Of a stretch of DNA of 64,000 nucleotides, positions 47,101 to 59,700 are shown one piece after another. Position numbers and translations under genes: made by a program. The stretch comes from Amoebophrya sp. A120. Lineage: Eukaryota > Protista > Dinoflagellata. The notes beneath the pieces were generated by a model that did not search any database, was not told the origin of the DNA, and saw nothing but the letters and a program-made list of their open reading frames with translations. Positions within the stretch are counted from its first letter, which is position 1. Each line of letters begins with the position of its first letter. Where the stretch lies: NCBI GenBank assembly GCA_905178155.1, contig CAJINV010000002.1, positions 1,215,809-1,279,808 of the forward strand, read 5' to 3'.

Positions 47101-50100
47101 TGCTTCAGCAACCTCTCCACCTGGGCAGACAGCTGCGCGACCATTTCTAGATGAGTCCGCAAATTTCCTTCCCTCCTTTTCAGCGCCCGGGGATCCATGG
47201 GAATTCTTAATCCGCTATTCCGCGCAATCGTTGTCGTATTTGTCAACATTCCAGTTCCTGCGCCAACAACTCCACTTCTCCGCATCATGGTCTGTCTTTT
47301 CTGCAGTTTGAGGATGTTCATCCGCGCCACCGACCGATTTGCCGTCGTGTTGGCCGAAACTAGTTTCGCGGCGCGGGAGATGCGGTGCTGCGACAACCTT
47401 TCCGGCTGGTGCTTGGCTATCCACTGGATTTTCTTGATTTCCGCCTTGATCCTCGCATTCAACTGCCCCCCCTTGCACTTCTGGGCGAGGAGCGCGAACG
47501 GACGGGAATTTTGCAGCACTCGGGGTAGGGCGCGGTGATTGAAGAGGTGGGATTCGGCCTTTCCGGAGGTGGTCGTCGTTGTGCCAGAACTATCACGACC
47601 CGTCAAACCGCCTTGTTTCGACAAAGACTGAGCCGCGAAGAGACTGGATCGCGGCATTTGCCGAGCGAGGGAGTTCGAGGCGCTGGTTGTAGTAGTGCTG
47701 GTTGTCGGCTTGATGTTCCCAAAACCGCGGGGGCCGCGGCCACGTGTTGAAGTATGGATTGCAAATATGTCTGGGTCTGGAAGAGTGGAACTTGTAATGC
47801 TGTCTGCGGATTCTAAAAATATCTGTGTTGCATGAGCAGAAAGAGGGGTCAGTTCTTGGCACGCGGGGGGGGTGTTTCTCATGCGTAATTAGCATCACGA
47901 AGCTCTCAAAAAAACTGTCATGCTAGCACCAGCATCACAGACCTCGCGGGTCATGCCAAATCCGCATGACAAGCCCCGACTCTTCCAGAACCAGACATTT
48001 TTGCAGCTGATATGAAGATGCATTGTTCAATTTCGCGGCCAACCAGGAACGGGCCGCTTGGTCGACGGGACTGGTGCTAACCGTCGATGACGATGAGTCG
48101 TCCAGAAACAAGTCGCGATGAAGATGATCTCCTTCTGTTTCTAAATCTACTTCTGCGCCACCCAGCGCCGACACCGACTTTGCTTCCGCAAGATGATCAA
48201 CATCCAAAACTGGCATGCCCACAAGCGGAAACCAGGACTCCAACTCTTCACCGCCGCGCGTGCAGCCCTGTGGAGTAGACAACATGTTCTTTTTTCCGGA
48301 AGTAGAAAACAGGCCTCCCAATTTTCCCGCCCCTTTCCCGTACGCATAGAGTAACTGCGCGATATCTTTCGCGTTGTAATCCTTTGCAAGATTATGCTTT
48401 GTCACGGACGGGATTAAGCTGTAAAAAAGCCACCCGGGGAACTTGCCCGCGATCGCGAAGCTGTAGGCTGTGAGCGCGACATCCGCTGGAAACAGCAGTA
48501 ACGTATTCGAGGTGACCCAAGTGGCCGCTTTTTTTCCCAGTTCCGGCACGGTTCTCAGCAAGCCCAGTTTCGCGTAGTAGTGAAGGCAGGAGGCAAAGAG
48601 GGACAGCTTTTGCTTGCTGATGTTCTCTTGCTGGTGGTGGTGCGATAGAGCAGACGTCGAAGCAGGCTGTGTTTTATTAATATCTCCCCTGAGAGAAGAA
48701 GGAAATTTCGTCACGTGACCCATTCTTGCTGATGTTGTTGCTGGTGCCTCTATTTGAATGTGCTGCTCTGCGAAACTATTAGTTTTCAGCCCATTCGCAG
48801 AGGCAGAGGTCGCGCTGGCCGCGTGGTCCTCGCTCTGTTTCACAAAATAGTGCAGCAAGTCTGTATAAAGCGGCAGCAAAGTCGCTTTTCTTCTCACTCC
48901 CTCCGGACCAGTTTCTGCGCGGAAAAGTAACAGCAAATCTTTGAGCAATTGGTGGTGCTGGAACGGCGTCAGTATCCATAGGAAATTTCCCGTACACGTA
49001 GACGTACAAATGCGGTCTCTGCATAACAAAACTTGGCTTCGATCCTAGTTCGGCATGACAGGTTTTACACTCCGAAGAAATTGCAACTCGGTGAAATTTG
49101 CGATGCAAGAATTTGTACATGTACGGGAAATTTGTATTGCATAGTCAGGCTATGGAAGTTTCGTTTCAGCTCGAACAAAAGCCAGTCGACAAGGTCGGTT
49201 TTTTATGAAATGCAAATATGTCTGGGTCTGGAACAAAGCAACTTGTCATGCTAAATCCGGATCATGTAAAAATCTGTGTTGCATGAGTGCCAAAAGCTGT
49301 CCACTTTTGGCATAATCGCGAGGCAGTTTCTCATGCAGGATAGACATGATAGAACTCGCACAGAATCTGTCATGCTATGTCCTACATATCAGGCCTCATG
49401 GGTCACGGAAAACCAGCATGACAAGTCTGGCATTCTTCCAGACCCTGACCCAGACATATTTGCAATGGATATTTTTTCCTCGGAGGTGAAATGGTTTTGA
49501 TGTTCTGCTCCTTCTCCTCCTCGTGTGCTGGCTGTAGGACCAGTAGTACTACACGTTGAGCCGTTCGCTTCCGATAAAACGGCTCCCTTCCCCCTGGTGG
49601 TGCTCGTTCTCCGCGAGGAGCTACTACTATTTGGGAAGCTGCAGGCGCATATGGAATGCAAAAGCATCCATCGTACTCGTATAAATGCGTTACAAATTTC
49701 CTCAGCATGACAAATAAGATCTGTTATGCAGATTTGCCTTGGGAACAAGCTTTGTAATGCAAGACTTGCATTTATACGAGTACGATACTTTTGCACAGGA
49801 TAGCGCAGTAGTGCAAGGCTGTCAGCGCGTCCAAGACATTTAACTCCATCGCTTGCTTCTGCAGTTCCAGAAGGGCTTTTCTTGCAAGCGGGAAATGTAT
49901 CCTATGTAAAAACGTCCCCACCCCATTACTATCTATTATATTCATGCGAAAGTAGAGGTCTACAGAGGGTCGGAGAGAGGTGGCCGAGAGGTCAAAAAGA
50001 GGTGGGAAGAGGTCAAAAAGAGGTCAACAGAGGTGGAGAGGTGGCGCGGGAGGTCATTCGAGAGGGTGGCCGAGAGGTGGCGCGGGTATAGCCCGCTGAA

Positions 50101-53100
50101 GGACTCACTCTAAAGCTGCGCCTATAGGGACCAGAGGTGGCCGAGAGGGTGCCAAGAGGGTAAGCGAGAGGGGGACAGAGGTGCCGAGAGGTTGCGCGAA
50201 TAAGGGCGAACCTCTCGCGCACCCTCTGGGCCACCTCTCGGCCACCTCTGTAGACCTCTACCGGCGAGTATAGCCGGATTATTAGCAACACCTCTCGGGA
50301 GAGGTGAAAAAGAGGGTCTGCGAGAGGGTTAACAGAAGCCGAATCCGCTTGGCACAGAGCTGATTTCTTTGGGGCATTTTCATGCGTAGGCCCGCACCCT
50401 CTCGCGCCACCCTCTCGCGCCACCCCCCGCGGGAACAGATTCTTCCTGGGAATCAGATGGGCGGGCGCGGGAGGGTGGTCAACAAAGGTCAGCGCGGTCC
50501 CCGTTCTGCTTCGGCACCTATGTCGTGGCGGTTTCTCCTCGCCCCCAAGCTTCGCTGCAGTTGCTCCCTGCGCATAGCGCCTAAAGGCGCGGGAAGCGCG
50601 CCGAGGCTCCTGCGGGTTGACATGGCGCAACGCGGCGCCAGTACTTTCCTCGGCCTGTCGTCGCGGTCCGATCCGCCAATAGTCACACCCCAGCACAACA
50701 GCCGTGCGCTCCGGCGTTAGCCGGAGCATGGCTGGTAGTTGTCATGCAGATCTGCATGCTAAAAATGTTTGTCATGCGGAGCCCCATGAGAAGCATTCTC
50801 TAGTCGTGTTTTGGAACTTGTAGTGCTCCAATCAGCATAATGGGCCAGACCTGTGATGCTGCTGAACGAGCTAAACAGCATTACGCTACGAGACCAAACC
50901 TGTCACGCGCAACAAGAACCAAAGCTGGTAGATTTGTCTAGCAGATCCCCCATCTTGACTATGGGTTGGGGACGTTTTTGCTCAGGATAGAATAAGTCTC
51001 ATGTTCATCCGCGTGTCTGTTCTTTCGTTTTTGTCTTTTCAAGCACCATTTCAGCAGCAGACACAAATCCTTCGGCGGCGTGCGCGCCCAGTCGTTGGTG
51101 GTTTGGGTTTCTGGATCGATGTGGAGAATTTTTGATGATTTATTCTTGCGAGTACAAGAACTTGTCATGCTGTTTGACGTCGCGCCGTGCAGTTCTTCTT
51201 CTTGAACTGGTGGTGCTAAAAAAGCACGATCGTCCAATACGTACAAGGTCCGGATGTAGTGGCGGAGTGGGAGCTGATCGTCCTCGTGCGAAGATGAAGA
51301 TGGTTGAATGGATATTGCATCACCTCCACCCGAAGAACTTTCTAAAGTGGTCGCCCTTGTAGTTTTCAACATCCAGCTCTTCATACTATCGCCTACTTGC
51401 GCAGCGAACAACTTCGTCCGCAGAAAGGGCTCCAGATTCACTTCTGTTTGATGTTCAAGAACGGCTGGTGTTGCAGCTTTGTTTCCTCTTGCGGTCGTGC
51501 CTAGACAAACCTCGGACATCGGTTTATTTTTTCCCGCTCCGTCGTGGAACAAGCACCACACCAATTTGCAGGCCTGCGTTCGCGGAATCGTAGACAAGTA
51601 GAAATTTTTCTGCAACAAGGCAGCCGCAACTTCTGCCATGGCGGGCGGAAGGAGAAAATCATCTTCTTCCGCATGGTTTTTCACCATTCCAAGTGACGTA
51701 GAAGGACATCTGTTACTGTTTGTCCTGCCCCCGTTGGTCCTACCGGCGTGATTTAAGGTTATTTTTCGTAGTCTGCAGTAGCTGAAGAGTAGGTCCCCGA
51801 GTTCTCCCGGTTTGAAGATTGGAGGTGGGAGCTGCATATGATCTTCATGACGTGACGACTCGCCGGGGCTGCGGGAATTACAATTAGGCTCCATTGTGGT
51901 TGTTTCGTTTGTTCCGACGAGGAATGCTTCCAAGTCCAGATTCATCCACCTCTCCTCAATGGTTTCAAGCAACGGGAACAAGTCGAAATTTATTCCCTGC
52001 TGGTTTGTCATCATATGATCTCCAGGATCTGCCAGCAGCACAATCTCGCAGCAGTCCTTCGCTAAATCCGGTAGTTTCTCGGAGGGCAGGAACGGAGCCG
52101 CTTCGAGGCAGGCCGGCAGAATTTGCGTTCTGACGAAATTGAAAATTTCGTACTCGTAGTCGATTTTGCGGTGGATGTCAGCGGCACCCTGCTGCGACGC
52201 AGTCGAAGCAGGAGGGACGTCGACCCTGGTCCTGTCTCGAAAGATTCTACTCCGCGAAGAACCCTTCTCCGACATGATCTGCTCGGTCGTGCACATCTGC
52301 GTAGAAGCCAAACCCTTCCACTTTTTCGCCTCTGCCGGGTATGCATTGCACAAGTTCAAGTACTATCAATCGCACTTGTATAGAATTATGTGCCTGTCAA
52401 CACGCATGTTGACAAATCTGCTTTTCTGCTTGAATCCGCAGGACAAAGTTGATTTTTCTTCTTGAAAATCAAAAAAACCTGTGATGCAATAATTCCTACA
52501 CCACTAGTACGACGCTTTTGCAGTGCATACCGCTAGTTCCTCCGCGATTTCTAGGTCGGCTTTTTGCTTTCTCAAAACAAGAGAGCTCCACATCGATTTC
52601 CAAGGTGAAGTTGTAGCGCCACCTCCTCTCTTACGGGAAGACGATGAACCGTAGTCAACTGCCACGACGGCTTGTTCAACGCCAGGACAACTATCTCCAT
52701 CCCCGGCAAAAAGGTGCAGGATATCGCACATCCGCTGGGCACCCATTTCGTCAAACGAGGCTGTCAGACGAGCGAGCAAGTGTTCGTTCCAGGGATGAGC
52801 ATAATTGTTCATCTCGTCCGGGCTCTCAACATCCGCCTCAGCACGCATCCCTGGATTCATCCTTCCTTCCTGGCGAGAAGTAGAATTATTTTGTGATGCA
52901 ATAAAAAGCGCACGACGGAGGTCTGCTATCAGCTTTTGTTCGCGTTCCAGCTGGAGTTCAAAAAAGGAGCTGTAGGACGAGCCTTCGGGAGGGTCGCCGT
53001 CCTCGTGGTCGCGCACATGTGGTGTTTGATCTTCCTGGTAGAGCAGCGGAGGCACGGTAGCTGTTGAGGGTTCTGGCAGTCCCGTCATACCAATAGTAGC

Positions 53101-55091
53101 CGCGTCCGCGGAGGTAGTGAGGTCATGGCGGTCCTTTTGTCTTCACGCCAAAAAAGACGCAACTTCTCTGCCCACCATGCCATCGTGAGTAATGCTATGC
53201 ACGACGGCACGGCAGTCGCTAAAAATTCCACTCCAGAGCTGGCCTCCATTTGGTTTCGAATTTAAAAACCTTCCCCGCATGCTATGGCCCCGCCAGGGCC
53301 CGCGCCAGGGTCGGACCCTTGGGAGCCCCAAATCGGGCCCATAGCATGCGGATTGGCTTTTTGCTTTTGGCGGGCTTTCTTTTTTTGTTTTTTTTTGGCA
53401 AAATGCTGCATCTTCTGGCCTTCAGTCCGCCTCTGAAGTGGCGGATTTTGGTGGCGTATTTTGCGAGGCCCGAATGTGGGCCAAAATGAGGCCCATACCA
53501 TGCGGATTCGCTGTCTTTTTCGGAGTGCTGCGTTTTGGGCATCCCTTTTTGGGCGCCCCAAACCGCCAGAAACCAAGGCGGTGGGCGCCTCAGAAGGGCG
53601 CCCCTTTTGCCGGCTCCCCTGCGTCGTTTTATCAAGCGGGGATCGATAGTTTTCGACCGGGCTTGTTTGCCGGCAAAGCCCCGCCCGCTTGATAATTGGA
53701 AATTTTTTATGCCCAAAAACACTGCCGGCCGCTTGCAAACTGCCGGTCGTTTTGCGTAATGACTGTCAAAAAGATCGCTAGATTAGAACGTTCGTGACCT
53801 CACTACATACAATTCGCGGTTTCAAGCAGCAGCTCGCCGTCGTGGTTACTACACCATGGCCCAACTACACCTCCTGGTGCACGAGGATCTGCTCCCGGTG
53901 TCGTCCTCGTTCTTGCACTAGATGATGAAAACTGTCGCTTTATTTCTTCCGGTTGATTTGTTTTACTGCCTCGTGCTCTTGGTCTTGGCAGAGCTAGCCG
54001 TTTGCTGCTGTCGAAGTTGCCCAACGACTCGGTGGTCCTCGCAGGAGGTAGTACAGTGAAAACCTTGGTGTGACTTATTGTCGAAGTCGTGCACCTCCTC
54101 GGGGACACCAGCAGTTCTCCTAGCGGAACTCGGTCATCTGGAGCAGCCGTCTATTCTGAGTAAAAACATCCCCACCCCAGAGTCAAGATGGGCGACATCT
54201 CGCAACACAAATCGAGAAGTTTTGGAAGTCAAGCATGACAAGTTCGTCTCTGTATTGTAGTGCAGTTTGGCAAGTACAGCCGCAACACAAATCCATCTGC
54301 TCATCCTGTCTAGAGCATTACAAAGTCTAAAACACGATTGGAGCTGCCTCTCATGGGGATGCACATTACAAATCTTCCTGTGACTGGAAATCTGCATGAC
54401 AACTCTGGGGTGGGGACGTTTCTACTCAGGATACCGTCTTCAAGATGTAGTCGCCGTGGTCCTCGTGGTCGTGCTCGTGCACATGTGCTTCCTGCTGCTG
54501 GTAGAGCACCAGCGGAGGCACGGTAGCTGCTGTTGGGAGTTCTACTTCTTGCTGCTGTGCATGAGAATCTGCATCTGCTCCTGCGCCTCCTGTCGGCATC
54601 GGTGCAGCACTGGACGATGAAGAGAACTGTCGCTGCTTCTGCGGCATTTTTCCTGCAGTTCTTGTACCTCTGCGTGAATAAATGGGTTGTAGCCGTTTGC
54701 TGTAGAAGTTGCCGGCCAACGAGGACCCGTTCACAGGCAGAGTGACCTTGGTGTTGTTCTTACTTATCGCAGAACTACTCCATCTCCTCGAGCTCGACAA
54801 GGACCCCATCATGTTCCCGGAGCTTCTAATACCTGTTTTCATCGCTTTCGTTCCGGTTACCCTATGAATTTTGCGGCTTCGGTGGGTTACAAGTCCTCCT
54901 ACCGGAAGTCGTTCATTTGGAGCCGTCTTCAAGGTGTAGTTCTTGAGCGAACTACATTTCGAGCTACTGCTCCCGCCAGCGGTCACAGTGCCCAGGGGCG
55001 GAAAAAGCTTGGTAGACGGGGCGGAATAGGCTGCACGACTTCGGGGTGTAACAGATATTATGGACATCTTCGACGTTGTAATGACCACCAT
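44189..55091 (-). CDS. Large helical-repeat (HPR/OPR/RAP-like) protein, possibly mitochondrion-targeted, with ~10 introners
   Basis: S/R/K-rich N-terminus (RRWSSSA, RQFSSSS). Repeated amphipathic motifs: DIAQLLYAYGK, DVALTAYSFA, ELGDLLFSYCRL, LFASCLHYYAKLG, QLLFLIRAFTML. Structure near 53140-53860 unresolved; could be two genes. Confidence 0.55.
44464..44707. mobile_element. Introner, family A
   Basis: TIRs; DR ctgct; inverted relative of 12261-12516. Confidence 0.9.
44774..45028. mobile_element. Introner, family A
   Basis: Near-perfect ~30-bp TIRs; DR ccctt. Confidence 0.92.
45235..45468. mobile_element. Introner, family E
   Basis: TIRs; DR cagat. Confidence 0.9.
47753..48012. mobile_element. 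Introner, family A
   Basis: TIRs; DR tgaag. Confidence 0.9.
48973..49143. mobile_element. Introner, family F
   Basis: TIRs; DR gtcag. Confidence 0.85.
49204..49471. mobile_element. Introner, family A
   Basis: TIRs; DR ttttt; close relative of 62846-63107. Confidence 0.9.
49650..49802. mobile_element. Introner, family B
   Basis: TIRs; DR gcgca. Confidence 0.9.
49898..50989. mobile_element. Introner, family C, carrying an ~810-bp nested insertion
   Basis: C TIRs at both ends; body 50736-50989 matches the inverted copy 18181-18449; flanks aaatg/gaata. Confidence 0.85.
49926..50735 (+). mobile_element. Non-autonomous Helitron-like element nested in an introner
   Basis: Inserted between A and T with no TSD; AT-rich 5' end; hairpin gctccggc-gtta-gccggagc (50708-50727) followed by CTGG (CTRR); internal agaggK repeats. 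Confidence 0.65.
52340..52529. mobile_element. Introner, family B (eroded)
   Basis: tatgcattgca...ttttgcagtgcata; flanks ccggg/ccgct. Confidence 0.75.
54152..54433. mobile_element. Introner, family C
   Basis: TIRs; DR ccgtc. Confidence 0.9.
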
Positions 55092-56777
55092 TATTGAAAT
55101 TTTTCTTGCAATGAAACTACAAACATGTACATCGTGTAAAACGATGTGAGAAAAACAACAACAAAAATCCACGACCTGGTGAATAATACACGATGAGATA
55201 AACCTACTTACCTTTAGACGACGACCTACGCCGCGCTGCGCGTAACATATTTTTTAGCGCCTCAACAGACTTTGTCGTTCGCAACTAGTGCCAACAGGTG
55301 ACGAAGATCACTTTTACCACCAATTCCATCTTGCGGTGCACAAGAACTAAAGACGACCTCGAGCAGGACATCGTTCACCAGCTGGTGAAAAAAAATGTCT
55401 CGAAATGTGCTGGATGAACAAGAACTGGAAAAGTTTTAGTACCATAGCTGCGCCATCACAAGAACTTCAATAGACAGATCACGCCGAAAGGACCTCGCGG
55501 AAAGAAAAAGATCCAAGCGGCCCTCACCTCTATTTTCCAGTCCTGGTTTCTTGTTTCCTTTGTCGCATCAATCATACGCAATAAATAGAAGAGTTTTTCA
55601 TCCACAAGACCCTACTTCAAAAATTGAGGAAAGGAGAAGAAGATCGTGGCCGCGTGAAGATGAGGGCAGAAAAACCGGTGATCTTCTTTGAACACCAACA
55701 CATCAAGCCACGAATAAGAATAACAGATAAAACAACGCCAGATCTTGAAAAATATTAAAATCCGACCCTGGTCCTATTTTCCGCAACATGCAGGAACGAG
55801 GATCGGCTCCAACAGAAGAGGGACAAGATGAACTGTGTGATCTAGCAAGATGACCACGCGGACAACAACTGCTCGAGCAGCAGTGAAGAACATCGGGGCA
55901 TGTGCGACGTCCCGCCGTCCCGAGGGAACTAGGGGCGGATTGTAGCGCACCCGTAAAAATCGTAAACTCCTTGGAGTTCCGGATGGCAGGTATTCGTTTT
56001 TCGCTTCTAGGGTTGTGTTGTAATTGTGTAGATTCATTCTACCAAAGTTTTTCGATGCAGCGTGGGACGAGCAACGACAGCTAGTACGAGCCCAACTGCT
56101 GATGTCAGTCGTGCGCAACATCGCGCATCCTGCCCTCTAGCGGATGCTGCTGCCTGGTTAATATGGGCGACCAGAAGGAGCCTTATCATACAAAATGCTG
56201 TGGACATCATGAGCTCTGACTGTCCCCTGCGAGGGGTAATGTCCCCCTCTCGCACTACTACTCCGGGGTTCGATATAGCAAAACCAACCCTTATCTCCAG
56301 CGTCGCAGCTGCATCTACTGCAAGCACTAGAGCAGGAAGGAGCTCATTTTTCAAAACAAAACAAAACAAAACAAAAACCAGCACTTTCCCGCCCGTCGGG
56401 GGATGCAATTGTAAAGCGCTGGTGTTTGTTGACATAATATCTTCTTCCAAAAGTAGCGAAACATCAACATCTTTGTACTAGAGGTCCATCGTGTAGGAGT
56501 GGTTTTCTTTTTTCAATTTCAACAAACGTAGAGAAACCTACTTCACCAAGGGGAGTTCGACATGGTGCGGGGTTCTTTTCTACCTGAAACTGAATGGAGC
56601 TCGACCTTCCATAGTACATCACATAAATAAGTACATAATTTTGGCATGTTGATTTTTGTTTGATGACATTCTTGTTTTTCATCCCTTCTACTTGTTTGTT
56701 CCCGTTGTACATGTACTTCTAAGTGCGGGAAAAAAATAATCATCGTAGCCAATAAACGCGTGCTGATCCACTTCCAC

Positions 56778-59700
56778 TCATGGTGGGACTGCTCGACCTA
56801 GCGCATCTTTATCCACTGCAAATATGTGGTCTGGGTCCTCTGGATGACGAGTGCACAAGTTTGTCATGCAGGTTCTTTTGCGTTACCATAGATACCCAGT
56901 AGAAGGTCTGGCATGCAAGCCATAGCATGACGCGTCTTGTTGAGATGGTGTCATCTCAATGCCGAGTTATACGCATCACATCAAATTCCCTTTATAATTT
57001 CTGGTGCCAAGTTTATTTGGGCCGCACTTGCTGCTCATGCATGACAGACACAGATCAAGATCTTGGTGATGTGTTGTCTGAAATGAATTGCATAAACAAG
57101 TTGCACCCTCGATTATATAATTTCACCTTCTCTGCGCAATTCACCCATAGAGTGAACGCGCGCGCAACCAACGGAAGCGAATGACGTGCAGAAGCGCGTC
57201 GCAGTGATAGTCGCAAGACCTCGAGCGACAGTCACAATGGCAGCCAAGAGAGAACCCGGCCGGCACAGCGAGCTACGGGTAGCAGGCCATGCAAGCCAGG
57301 CTCTCGACCCCCACAGAGCCATGCCCCGGACATAGAGGTGGTCCAAGCCGCGAGGCGCGACTGGGACCGCCGAATATCTTGGGCGGGCTTGCGAGGGGTG
57401 CCGCAAGGGGTCTCGCAACCTCAAGTCGGGTGGGAGGGTGGGAAAAAACGCAAAATCTAGGCGAGCCAAGACAATGCGGTATTTCTGGACAAAGGACAGA
57501 GACCCAGCCGAAGCTGGTCGACACCGGACAGCCAGCCCGGTGTCGGACTGTGCAACCCTCTTGCTTGATCATGTGAACTGATATAATCGCTACGCGTCGC
57601 ATATAATTTCACCTTCTCTGCGCAATTCACCCATAGAGTGAACGCGCGCGCAACCAACGGAAGCTCATGCATGACAGACACAGATCAAGATCTTTGTGAT
57701 GTGTTGTCTGAAAGGAATTCAGCATAACAAGTTGCACCCTCAAAAATTATATCCAGACCCAGACAACATATTTGCAATGCATAACCTTGTTCTGGGATTT
57801 CTTCTTCAAGACCAGGGGTTCCTCGCGAGGCAACGCTAAACCCGACTGCATGCGGTTCGCGAAACTCTTCAAGTATCCTGAGTAAAAACGTACCCACACC
57901 AGAGTTGTAATGCAGATTTGCAAGGACAGGACGACTTGTAATACGCATCCCCATGAGGTCCATTTCTAATCGTGTTTTGGAAGTTGTGATGCTGTGAACA
58001 GGATGAGCAAATGAATCTGTGATGCGGCTGCACTTGCTAACCTGCACTACACTGCATAGTGCAACTTGTCATGCGTGACTCACAAAACTCCTAGGTTTGT
58101 GTTGCAAATCCCCATCCTGACTCTGGTGTGGGGACGTTTTTACTCACGGTATCAAGGCTTTCTCCTTCAAGACTTTGGATAGAAATTTTTCCCACGCTTC
58201 GTGGTTCCACGTCCCTTATCCTGTGCGAAAGAATCTTTATCGTCCAACTACTCGTGGTATTTTAGCTGCAATCATGCATTACAAACCTTTCCACTCTCAA
58301 GCAAATAACTCCGCATTAGCATTTTTCACAAAAACCCATTTTTCCCGTTGAGAAAAATAGTTGTTGTAATGCGAGAATAAATGCAAAGAATACCACTTAT
58401 CCTGTGCAAAAGTATCGTACTCGAACTCGTATAAATGCAAGTCTTGCATTACAAATCTTGTTCCCAAGGCAAATGTGCATTACAAACTTTATTACTCATG
58501 CTAAGGAAATTTGTAATGCATTTATACGAGTACGGTGCTTTTGCAATTCATACCACTCGTAGAAGTACGATAAATTATTTTGCAAAAATGGATATCCATT
58601 CCCATTCGCCTTTCTGGGCGTCATAGTACCAGTGCCAAGCATCGCGATCCTCGACCACCAGGTCGGGAACGGGAGAGACGAACGGGATCTTAGAAGCCGC
58701 TGATAGCCCGCCGACAATCACGGCCCCGGGTTTGAAGAAGGGCTTGCCTTTCTCGATGCCTTCTAGCATTCGTATTGTGAGGAAAAATCCCCCTCCCCAT
58801 ATTGAAAGCGCGCCCTTGTCATGCAGATTTGTGACCACAAATCCTGTCTGTCTTGCAAGAGAGCAAAGTCAGAGATCCCAGATCCGTTATGCAGGCGGTC
58901 TGTGGTGCTGCAAGGCCTACAGGTCGGCAGCCGCCTGCCACGTTAAGCGCCCAGCACCCCTCAGCGCGGCCCCTCTCCAGGCTTTGCATCTACCTGCTGT
59001 CCTCTACTGCAACACAAATCTGATTTGTGAACAGACGAATCAGCATGACAAATTTCCATTTTGATATGGGGAGGGGAGAATTTTCCTTGTGATAATTCGA
59101 CTCCACTCTTCTTGGTTCCACGTCCATTCCCACTCACCTTCTTGTTCATTGAAGTACCAGTGCGAGATATCGCAAGAAAAAACTGTTTCACTGTAAACTT
59201 GTGATGCATAGAACGGAGCGTAAATGTGTTTGTCTTGCAGCTACACATGCAAGACATTGGATTTTTAGCTGTGTTTTCCCTTAGGAAGCACGCATGCCAA
59301 GCTTTCTTTGTCATGTGTAACAAACTTGTAATGCAAAACTTGCAAAATCCTTTATACAGTGAAACAGTTTTTTCTTGCGATACGAGACACCGTCGCCATA
59401 CCTCTTCTCCGCCTCGGGGCATCGACAAAATTTTTTCATTCCCGGAGTACCTGAGCAGCTGCTCACCACCTGCTGGACGAGAGCCTGTTCGCCGGAAGTC
59501 GGAGCAGGTGCACCCGCCGTCGAAGTTTTTTGCTCTTCGAGTTTCCCGACAAGGTCCAAAAACTTTTCTTTTTCCCCGGTGGTCTCCCACGCACTTTTGT
59601 CGTTTTTGAACAACGTCTTCGCCTTCTCGTAGGTGGGGGCGTTTTCGGGCCAAAGCGCAATAGCTTGGTCGTACAAACCCACAATGCCGGGGCTCCGGGG

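Noticed and set aside
58393-58397. Two abutting introners separated by a 5-nt micro-exon
   Set aside because: The outer TIR and DR at 58594 show nesting, which also restores the protein repeat.
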